A stretch of 63,943 bases of DNA, counting the filler, from Aduncisulcus paluster (taxonomy: Eukaryota): the NCBI GenBank assembly GCA_024181965.1. It is 5 parts of 5 records of this genome, joined end to end, with 100 filler letters (N's around TTAATTAATTAA, not from the genome) between each part and the next. Parts side by side here need not be neighbours in the genome. Positions count along the whole stretch, not along the records: positions 31,655 to 47,980 come from BQXS01010813.1; positions 48,081 to 58,741 come from BQXS01010815.1; 3 more parts are not named here. One strand, given 5' to 3'. Below the pieces are notes generated by a model, which was given only the letters and a program-made list of their open reading frames with translations, searched no databases and was not told the origin of the DNA. Shown in pieces: positions 42,801-51,831 of the stretch (the first letter of the stretch is position 1; every line of letters starts with the position of its first letter). The position numbers and the translations under genes are program-made.

Positions 42801-45800
42801 AGGCAAACTTCTCATTCACGCTCTTCAACTATCGAGATGAACTTAAATACCCTTCTATCGTCTCATTCTTTGTCATGAACCCATCTATCATTGTGATCTC
42901 TCTCCTCTCTAATGTTCAGCATCTCAGGACAGTAATTGCTCGTGCTTACACGCACTCTGTCACAGTCGAACAGTATGACAAGGAAGAGATTGAGAAGGAG
43001 TCAGAAGAGGACGATGAGTTTTATGAATCTCTGTTGTTCAGTCTTGATGATATCAAACAACTGCTTCGTAAACATGCTTTTTCGGCTGGGTCTGCCCTGT
43101 CCTCCTCCTCTGTTCCTTCTTCAAGCAGTTGCTCTCCTTTCTACTCCTTCGGTTCCGTCAGTTTGTGTGTTCTCTGTGAGAATGGAGTCAAGGATATGGG
43201 CACAATCACTGAGTTGAGGCGAGGGGAAGATATGATAGGAAGTCAAGTTCCATGGTGTTCTGTTATTCGTCGCACCAAGAGAGCCTATGATGATAACCCT
43301 TCTGATATGTCCAGTGGCACATCTATGGTTGGTGTATCAAGCGAGTCCACTGCATCCAAGGAGACTATTCGTGTGTCAAATGGTCTATTCTCATTGCATC
43401 TTTTGCCTCCTTTCCTCTCTCTCTTCCTGTCTCCTTCCAATATTGTTGGTGTGTGTGATTTCACTGTCTCAATGGCTCATGGCGATGTATCCCAAGCCTT
43501 TCGACTTGTTAAGGGGGTCAAGAGCAAGGAAGTGTGGAAGAGTCTGACAACAATGGCCATAAAGACTCATAATGTGCAGCTTGTTAAGGCATGTGTGATG
43601 AACATGAGCGATGCAAGTATTAGCATGCAAATCAGGTCTATACAGGATGTATTATCAAGGGTGCGGAGGAAAATGATAAAGGCTGAGGAAGAAAAGGAGA
43701 AAGAGGAGGATATCGAGACTCCTCGTGATAAAAAGCCATCAAAGAAGGGTGAAAAGAAATCAATGGCGATCGCTCCTTTATCCCAGCAAGACCTCCTCTT
43801 TGTGGTTGCCGTGAGTCTTGTGTTTGGATATGTTGATGACGCCGTGGCTTCTCTCACCCTCCATGATGATTCTGGGATCTGCGTCCGTGTGCTTATGTTC
43901 TGTGGACGTTGGGAAGATGCTTGGAATCTCAGCAACACGAAAGAGCACTTCACTCGTCGTATCATTCTGAAGAACCTTGGAAATGTCCTTTATCGCATTG
44001 GAGACATCCATGGATCTGTCTTATGTCTCCGCAGTGCTGGAGTATTACTATCAGAGGTCAAAAATATTGTCACATCCCAGCCATATGATGCTCTTGGGGA
44101 TCGGACAGGACGTATGCATAACATTGGCTCTGATAGTATCATGAAGATGGTCATTGGGAAGCCAGAGAGTGCTTCAGTGAGTACAGGAAGCACAAGCAGT
44201 GGTGCTGAGCTCACCGATGAACAGAAGTCAGTGCTTAAGTGGAATGCTATGGATAAAGAGAAGAAGGGGGACTACGATGGGGCTTGTGCAATGTATCTCG
44301 AAGCTAGTGATACATATTCTGCCGTCCGTTGTTCGTTTGTTGGAGCTGCCAAGCAAGGTGGTATGTCAAGCGGGCTTGAGGCTGCCAAAGAGCTTGTTGA
44401 TGTTGTAATTAAACGCACGGGAGGTCTTGGTTCTCGTATGTCTGGAACTCCCGCTCTTTCTGGTTCATCTGCTCAGAAATCCTCCCTCTCAACCTCTCAG
44501 CAACTCTTGAATGGTGCCCATCTCTCTCTTGCTGTGCTACTGGACNNNNNNNNNNNNNNNNNNNNTAGTGATACATATTCTGCCGTCCGTTGTTCGTTTG
44601 TTGGAGCTGCCAAGCAAGGTGGTATGTCAAGCGGGCTTGAGGCTGCCAAAGAGCTTGTTGATGTTGTAATTAAACGCACGGGAGGTCTTGGTTCTCGTAT
44701 GTCTGGAACTCCCGCTCTTTCTGGTTCATCTGCTCAGAAATCCTCCCTCTCAACCTCTCAGCAACTCTTGAATGGTGCCCATCTCTCTCTTGCTGTGCTA
44801 CTGGACAAGTATGGGATGAGTGCTGATGCATGCGACGAGTATGAGAAGGCTGGAAGATACAGTCGTGCTGTTCTTTGTGCTGCCAAGGCTGGACTCGTCG
44901 GGAAATGTCTTAGTATCCTCCAAACAAACTCCTCTATCTGTGACCGTGTTGCTTTCGAGGCAGCAAGTATTCTTGAAGGAATGGATGGTGGCTGTGAGGC
45001 TGCTGTGAATGTGTACATGGAGAGGGATTACCATGGACGTGCACTCTCCATATGTTTTGAGCACAACATGAGAGACTCTCTAAATCGTCTTGTGGAACGG
45101 ATTATATCTCAACAAGAGACAGAAGAGGGGCGCCTTGTGATTCAAACCATTGAAAAGGATGTCCTGGCTAAAGCTAGTGAGTTTTTGATGACTAAGGGAG
45201 ATGTTGAGCGTAGTGCAGGCCTTCTTTGTGCTGGTGGCCACCATGTACGTGCGCTAAAATTAGTTGTTGAGAAGAATGTTAAGGTTACCGAGCGTTTGAT
45301 TGAACTATTGACCCCCCCTCCGATTCCTAAGCTTGATAAGACCAAGAAAGCATCATCGATAGACCAAAAGAAGCTTGCCATGACACCTGAAGAGCGTGAG
45401 GAGGCTGTGAAAGAGAGGAATGAAATCCTTATTAAGCTTGGTAAGCTTGCCAAGAGATCTCAATTGTTCAATACAGCCAGTAAGAAGTATACTCAAGGAG
45501 GAGAGTTGGTAAAAGCCGTCAAAAGTTTAATTTTGGGAGGTAATGTAAAAAAAGTGTTATTCTTTGCCAAAACAAGCAAGAATCGTGATGTTTTGATTGC
45601 CACTGCTAATTTCCTCCAAACTCTTGATTGGAGGAAAGATAAGCTCCTGTTGAAGAGTATCACAACATTCTACAAGAAGGCAAAAGCGTTTGACCACCTG
45701 TACCGATTCTTTGAGAGCTGTGCTGACCAAGAAATTGATGAATTCAGGAACTACGAGAAGGCTGCGGATGCTCTGCGTGAAGCCAAGAAATACCTCCAAC

Positions 45801-46246
45801 AAACCATTGATCGCCTTCAAATATCCAAGGGTGGAGCCGATGTTGAGGCTGGTTTGAAGAAGAAAGAAGATGCTATGGGTGTTCTCTCGCTTCGGATTAA
45901 GTTCATTGGGGAGTTTTGTGAGCTTCGAACCCTTGCCAAGTCTAACCCAGTCGCCTTACCCTCTGCTTGTGAATCCTTGCTCTCAAAGCCGAATGTTGAT
46001 CAGGCTCTCAGGATTGGTGATATTTATGGATTGATGGTTGAGTTCTATTATTATAGAAATGAATTCAGTGCGGCTCATCAGAAAATGAAAGAAATGGTTT
46101 CAAAGGAGATTCAATTGGGTTATTATGTAGATGAAAAAATGATTGAGAAGGTGTGTGAAGAGGTCGGTGAACCTCTTGAAGAAAAGGAGGAGGAAGGATC
46201 TTTTGAGTCTGAAGAAATCGAAGACGAAGAGTTTAGTGATATGTAA
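39849..46246 (+). CDS. IFT140: Intraflagellar transport protein 140 (exons 39849-39992 and 40073-46246)
   Basis: N-terminal WD40 with WHP..PVIAVAWE.G. C-terminal TPR region KKYTQGG...AVKSLI.GG...K..FFA...ANFLQTLDW...ITTFY.K...FFESCA..EIDEFRNYEKA is characteristic of IFT140. An 80-nt GTATGT...ATAG intron keeps frame. Confidence 0.93.
44305..44806 (+). repeat. Exact 241-bp duplication flanking a 20-N scaffold gap (assembly artefact)
   Basis: 44305-44545 is identical to 44566-44806, separated only by Ns. Confidence 0.85.
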
Positions 46247-46455
46247 AATAGCTCAAATCAATCTTTTCCTATATGTCAAATAACCTTCAAACATACAAAT
46301 AAATTTTATATATGTCGTTTTTTTCTTATTATTTATTCTTAATTCTAATTAATTTTTAAAGTTGATAATATTTCTCTTTTGTCTATCCATATGTAGTGCT
46401 ATTTTTGGAAAGAGAAAATCAAAAGTTCTAAAATTCTAATTTTTTGCAGTTTTGC

Positions 46456-46628
46456 AAGCATGGGGGATAATTTCAATGCTTCCACCATTTGTTAAAGGTC
46501 CCCCGCGTCTTTATATATGGACGGATTATGCCATTGCAGGGCTATCTGATTGTTTCCCCGTTGAGTATGACTTTCTTGTCATTCTCGACGACGCGGATTT
46601 GGTCTCGCCGCCTTGCTTATATTTTTTT
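46456..46628 (+). ncRNA. Candidate structured non-coding RNA, unassigned
   Basis: GC-rich island in an AT-rich spacer, with several nested stems, an ATTGCAG loop, paired ends and a T7 run. Confidence 0.35.
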
Positions 46629-46743
46629 AACTCTATCCTTTTTGAATTAAGTGTAATGTCAATTCCTTTTGTTTTATTTCTTTGCTTGTGTTTATTTTGT
46701 GATTCGGAATGATTCTCTTTCGCGTGTTTTTTTTCCCGTCCAC

Positions 46744-47427
46744 ATGAAAACTCCACCAACTGGAAAAGGATTAACAACACAAACCACGAGTCCTAAGCCC
46801 AAGAAACAATATTCCAAGGCTCTCGAAGAGTTTCATCTCGCCCAACAATTCACTCGTTCCACTCATCTTCCCGATCTCGAATGGATCAAGTGCCGTGATC
46901 TTTCTACACTGGAATTCGATGAGTTCATGCAGGAATATTGTTATGTTGTTGTCGCTTCCGGTTTTCGAGCTCGTGTTGCCAGTCGTCTTGCTCCAGAGCT
47001 TGCTGCGTGTCATGGTGACATTGAAAAGATGCGTGCCATTTTCAAGAATGAACGCAAGATCTCGTCCATCTCGAAGATGTATCATATGTTCCATGATAAG
47101 CCTGATGCTTGGACTGTTCAGAAATCGACGTGGCTGTCTTCTGATGTTTCTGCCCTTGAAGCCCTTCCATTCATTGGGAAGATCACCAAGTTCCATCTTG
47201 CGCGAAACATCGGGCTTTCGTTGCATGATGCGTCTGCTGTGAAGCCTGACTTGCATCTTGTGAGATGGTGCACCAAGCATGGGTATGGTGTGAAGGAGCT
47301 TGTCATGAATATCTCCGCGGATGTGTGCATTCCGCCTGGGATTGTTGACTTCATCTTGTGGGTGTGGCTTAGTCATGAAGGGAAAGTGAAAGAGGGATGC
47401 TGTCATGGAGGCATGCGTCTGAGATGA
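46744..47427 (+). CDS. Helix-hairpin-helix (HhH-GPD superfamily) DNA glycosylase-like protein
   Basis: LEALPFIGKITKFHLARNIG (HhH), KPDLHLVR (catalytic Asp position), EYCYVVVASGF and VDFILW. First ATG is at 46744. Confidence 0.7.
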   Translation: MKTPPTGKGLTTQTTSPKPKKQYSKALEEFHLAQQFTRSTHLPDLEWIKCRDLSTLEFDEFMQEYCYVVVASGFRARVASRLAPELAACHGDIEKMRAIFKNERKISSISKMYHMFHDKPDAWTVQKSTWLSSDVSALEALPFIGKITKFHLARNIGLSLHDASAVKPDLHLVRWCTKHGYGVKELVMNISADVCIPPGIVDFILWVWLSHEGKVKEGCCHGGMRLR

Positions 47428-47567
47428 ATTGCATGGCCACATACGCAGGCTCCATTCACTTTCTCTCTTATTCACCGGATCTGGACTGGATCTGGACTGA
47501 ATATGCGATGTCATCCTCAATCTGATTGATTTATTCATTCATTTGTTTATTCTTTTGCCAAAACATT

Positions 47568-47980
47568 TTATTCATGAGGGTCACTCTGAATCAGAAGATC
47601 GTCAAATATCTGAACACACATCTTCTTGAAGGAACGGATCGTGTTTCCCATGGCTTCGGAAGTCCCAACCAAGTCAACCAACGAATACACATCGATGTCG
47701 CCAACGTCAGAAACCTCACACAAACCACATGCTACAATAAATTTCTTGTCTTTCCCTCCTTTCAACACACAGTCAATAATTTTTCTCTTAACCAGATCAA
47801 TTACCTTCCCTTCTTGTGTAGTGGCATCGAAACACCCTTCTCCACTGATTACAACATCAGCCATGGCAAGCTTTTCATCACCTTTCGCCATATTCCACAC
47901 ATATGCGGCCCCCTTTTCTATATGGCCTCCTAACAGAGAGACGGCTAAACTCAAACCTCCAGCAGCTCCACCTCCGACTA
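47568..47980 (-). CDS. glxK: Glycerate kinase (GlxK/GarK family), C-terminal part
   Basis: GGGAAGGL...G...V...ADVVISGEGCFDATTQEGKV matches the GlxK GAAGG and ADLVITGEG..D.Q...GK motifs. Truncated by the contig end. Confidence 0.85.
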
Positions 47981-48080
47981 NNNNNNNNNNNNNNNNNNNN
48001 NNNNNNNNNNNNNNNNNNNNNNNNTTAATTAATTAANNNNNNNNNNNNNNNNNNNNNNNNNNNNNNNNNNNNNNNNNNNN
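47981..48080. other. Artificial contig linker
   Basis: N-TTAATTAATTAA-N spacer. Confidence 0.97.
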
Positions 48081-48809
48081 AATCAATATAATGTTATATC
48101 GTTATTATTATACGGAATCTTTGGGGTAAATTAATGAATTACAGAAATAACTAAGCGGACTACAATGTAATAAAGGAACGTGGATGAGATTGAAGGTTGA
48201 AACAGCAACGAAAGCAATAAGCAATGTAAAATACATCTCCGAACAAAATGGATGACAAATTATTTCCAGAAATGGAATGACATACTTGAAAATACAGCAC
48301 CCAATACAAATATTATAACAACTGCAAGCAAAATATGGCAAAAAATAACACCCATTCTTGACAAGAATTTCTTGTTGGAACCTGTCACGAGATGTGCTTT
48401 CGACTTTCTTGAACTCATGCGGCATGGCAATATATAGAGCCATGTGATATAAAAAACCTGCATGTTGGTGGAATTGTCACAGGGTTTTCTCAACTCATCG
48501 CAAAGTCGCCATTTGGAGCGCCCACTGCCATATCCCTTGTGATTGAATGGGATAAAAATACACTTTCTATCCGTTGCGAGATCATTTTATTCCTTGTACT
48601 GCACAGAGATCTGCAAGAAGGCTTCTTAATTCAACTTCTAGTTGAATGAATCCGCCGTGGCAACTACCATAAATTATTATGAATTAAGAAAGACAAATCA
48701 TCCCTAATCATAGTATGACAATAATTTGAGAAGAAATAGAATTGGTTTTGGTGAAATGAAGAAAAAATTTCTTTGTTCACTTCAAATCAAACTGTAACAA
48801 CCTGTCTCT

Positions 48810-51425
48810 ATGGTTTTATATCATTTGAAACAACTTCCTGAATATATTCCAGTTCGTGATCAATTTGGGTTCTTTGGTCCTTTCCGTCCACCTATGATGT
48901 CTGTGATATCGACAAGTCCAATAATGGTACAATTAGGTCGCTTCTTTTTATTATCATCGGACCGTGAAACATATTCTGTGAAGGTAATTTGTTCAAAAGA
49001 AAGAAATATTGGCGATCCAAACGAAATAAGGGCCAGTCTGTTTTGTGGAGGGAAAATTTCTCTTTTTGGAACATTTTTTTATGAACCAAGTTGTTGCTGT
49101 GCTTCTTTTCGTGAATATGACGTGTCTGATCTAGAATCTATCTCTCCACTCTCTATGGATCTACCAAATTTTTCTGGAAACTCTTCTGGGGTTTTGAGTG
49201 ACAATCGGATTTTATTTTCTACTTTCAATTCTACCCTTGCCGTTCCTTTTGAAGTTTTAAGAGCAATTACTGATTGTAGAAGTCTCCTTCCAAACTCACC
49301 AACATATACTCCTGGATCTCAGGCCTATCTAACGGAATGGAGGGAACTCTATTCGGTTTGTAGCACTGTAGATTATCATAATACGCTCCTTGCTCCCTGC
49401 TCTGGACAAGTTAAAACAGATGTTGATGTATTCTCGGTAAAGGATACTCTCTTTGCTCTTCCTGTTGGTGGCAATCGTGCCATTCGCCTCAATCTCACCG
49501 ATGGAAAGGATGACGTGGCAATTTCTACCCGTGAACTTTCCCTTGTTGTGTGTCCAATCGTGCTTGAAGGTGAAGAGCGCCCTTCATCAATTAAAGTGTA
49601 TATTGGCTTTGCTTCGAATCTTATCAGCTTCACTCTGCCACCAATCGATGAGCTGAGGTCTATTGCTGATTCCTTCCCCGTCTCCGCGTTCTCCGGTGAT
49701 CCTTCCGTCTCCATCGTGTGTGACATTAAAAATGAATTTGAGAATGTTCAGGTGTGTCCATTTGCTCTCCCAAATTACATTATTATCAACGGAAAGATCT
49801 CCACTCCATGTGAAAAATACCTGGAATTCATGAAGAATAGTGTTGATGAGTTGTCTGAGATGCTTTCTATCATCACAGATGGAAAGACCGATGCTGCAAC
49901 TTTGTTAGGGACTGAAATCAAGCAAAATCAGCATATCCCACATATTATGAATGTTTGCGATGAGGATTATTCCATCTCTCCCCTTCCTGTGTTCTTAAAT
50001 CGTTATATTTCTAGTTTCTGTCCCGATCCCAGTCATCCATCATACATCACTTGTATTATCGGGAATGATCTCACCAAGAAGACATTTTCTGTATCATTTT
50101 CAGACTTTCTGAGCTTTGTGTCGTCAATATCTATCCCTCTTACTAGTTGCACTGACTATGAATTGCTACAGCATCTGTCAACGATGAAGCAATGGGAACC
50201 TGCACATCCTTGGGCATATGAGGAATACCCTTATGCCAAGGTTACACAAGTAGCTGCAGCCGGTGGTTGTCCGTCAAAAGAGTTGAAGAAAGCGTATCAT
50301 ATGAAATATGCTCCTGAGAACTACCTGATTGGTGTGGGGATTGTTCAACGCAAGAAGGACAAAGAACTGGAATTCAGGGATGAAAAGGAAGAGGAGGAAG
50401 AGAAGGACGATCATGTCCCCAGACCTGTTTTTGGTCCTTGCCTCGAGCATATTCCTGAAGATCTCCGTGCTCCAGGCTTCTATGAGGTTGCTATTGAAGA
50501 ACTTGGGGATTTCCTTGGTGCCCCTATTGTTTCTCAGAGGTCCTCTGGATCCACCCTTGAATTCAAATTTGTGATAGGTTTTGATAATGGAAAGAGAACG
50601 GGTCATTTGCGTGCTGGGCACCTCTATTCAAATGGAGGATATGGAAGTGGTGGAATTGGTGCCAAGTGGGCCGGTATTCTTGTTCCATCCCCAAAAGCAA
50701 TTTCCTCACACTCTCAAGGAACTCCTCTGAGCACTACACAACGATTGACCTTCTCTTGGTACGTTCCTGTTGAAGAAGATGTCATCACAATTGGTGAGAT
50801 TCCATCTGACAAAGATCGTGACACTGAACGTGATATGAATACCATAATTATGACAGATCCTGCTTATTCGGATACTCATTGTGGAGTGATCGTTAAGAAC
50901 CTTCTTCCTGGACGTTGGCATGCCTCCAAGGTCACACGAGCTGGTACAAATGGATCCTGTCAAATTATCCATGAATCTCTCTTGGACGACCCCAGATACG
51001 GATTTATCCCTGGGTTAAGACCAATATACGGTGCAGACATGCCCCAGGAAGCTTCCAATGAGTCCGTATTCGATGCTGAGATTGAAGGTGGAGTGAATGG
51101 TGCAGGATGGAAACAGCTCCACCATGGAGTTGGTGCTGATTCCGGTCGTGATGGATTCTTTATAAAGTCAATGTTCGAAAAAAAGAAGGAGTTTATTGAG
51201 GTTCATGGTTTGACGGAGGGTATCGGACGCTTTGTCTGCAACAATGAATTTGGAGATGTTTGCTATGAGTGTGTGCGAGGGTATGAGGATGGAAGTGTGC
51301 CTGGAGGGTGGTACTGCCAGAGTGGCTGGGGAGATGGATGTTATCCTGCCTTTGTCGTGAGAGATGGCGAAGGCAACGCAATCGCTATAAGAATTGTCTT
51401 TATTCCCGAAGGAGGTGAGGAATGA
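48810..51425 (+). CDS. 871-aa protein with a C-terminal DUF4241-like domain
   Basis: C-terminus has TDPAY...NLLPGRW, GVGADSG..GFF and SGWGDGCYP...RD..GNAIAIRIVF, the DUF4241-type VDSG and GxGDGxYP signatures. The N-terminal two thirds are unrecognised. Confidence 0.7.
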   Translation: MVLYHLKQLPEYIPVRDQFGFFGPFRPPMMSVISTSPIMVQLGRFFLLSSDRETYSVKVICSKERNIGDPNEIRASLFCGGKISLFGTFFYEPSCCCASFREYDVSDLESISPLSMDLPNFSGNSSGVLSDNRILFSTFNSTLAVPFEVLRAITDCRSLLPNSPTYTPGSQAYLTEWRELYSVCSTVDYHNTLLAPCSGQVKTDVDVFSVKDTLFALPVGGNRAIRLNLTDGKDDVAISTRELSLVVCPIVLEGEERPSSIKVYIGFASNLISFTLPPIDELRSIADSFPVSAFSGDPSVSIVCDIKNEFENVQVCPFALPNYIIINGKISTPCEKYLEFMKNSVDELSEMLSIITDGKTDAATLLGTEIKQNQHIPHIMNVCDEDYSISPLPVFLNRYISSFCPDPSHPSYITCIIGNDLTKKTFSVSFSDFLSFVSSISIPLTSCTDYELLQHLSTMKQWEPAHPWAYEEYPYAKVTQVAAAGGCPSKELKKAYHMKYAPENYLIGVGIVQRKKDKELEFRDEKEEEEEKDDHVPRPVFGPCLEHIPEDLRAPGFYEVAIEELGDFLGAPIVSQRSSGSTLEFKFVIGFDNGKRTGHLRAGHLYSNGGYGSGGIGAKWAGILVPSPKAISSHSQGTPLSTTQRLTFSWYVPVEEDVITIGEIPSDKDRDTERDMNTIIMTDPAYSDTHCGVIVKNLLPGRWHASKVTRAGTNGSCQIIHESLLDDPRYGFIPGLRPIYGADMPQEASNESVFDAEIEGGVNGAGWKQLHHGVGADSGRDGFFIKSMFEKKKEFIEVHGLTEGIGRFVCNNEFGDVCYECVRGYEDGSVPGGWYCQSGWGDGCYPAFVVRDGEGNAIAIRIVFIPEGGEE

Positions 51426-51831
51426 AGAATCTTTATTAAAAATATTATATAATATAATTTATATTGTATATTTTGATCATCAATAACAAAATTCACTTTC
51501 GCAAGCCCGTATCCAAGTTATACAGAAATAATATTCAATAGTCACACCTTGGCACAGGAACGCCGAGATTCATGAACGACAAAACCGATTGTCCCAATAA
51601 ATATCAGGGGAAAACTAACAAACAAAAAGAAAGAAATGTGAAGTTAAAAAGAAGCTCAAAAATAGATGTAAAAAGCACCAAACCTTTGCATGATAAAAAA
51701 AACAAAAAAATCGGGGTAATGGGAGAATTTTGAGTTAAAGTCGAATATAAACATCGAAAACCTATTTAACCTAAACCAACATTATTATTATAATTTGCGA
51801 GAATAACATTAATAAGAATCATTTTTAGAAT

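Noticed and set aside
44305..44806. Internal tandem duplication in IFT140
   Set aside because: The copies are identical and abut a 20-N gap, typical of unmerged contig overlap.
47444..47454. CGCAGGCTCCA, antisense to a conserved SSU rRNA stretch, as a C/D snoRNA guide
   Set aside because: Only 11 nt, not followed by a D or D' box, and no clear C box.
46771..47538. 255-aa antisense ORF over the HhH gene, and the many other short nested ORFs in the track
   Set aside because: Shadow frames of real genes with biased codon usage; no independent motifs.
48108..48670. Gene on the minus strand at the start of contig 4
   Set aside because: Only short, interrupted frames without motifs. Possibly a decayed gene, but not supportable.
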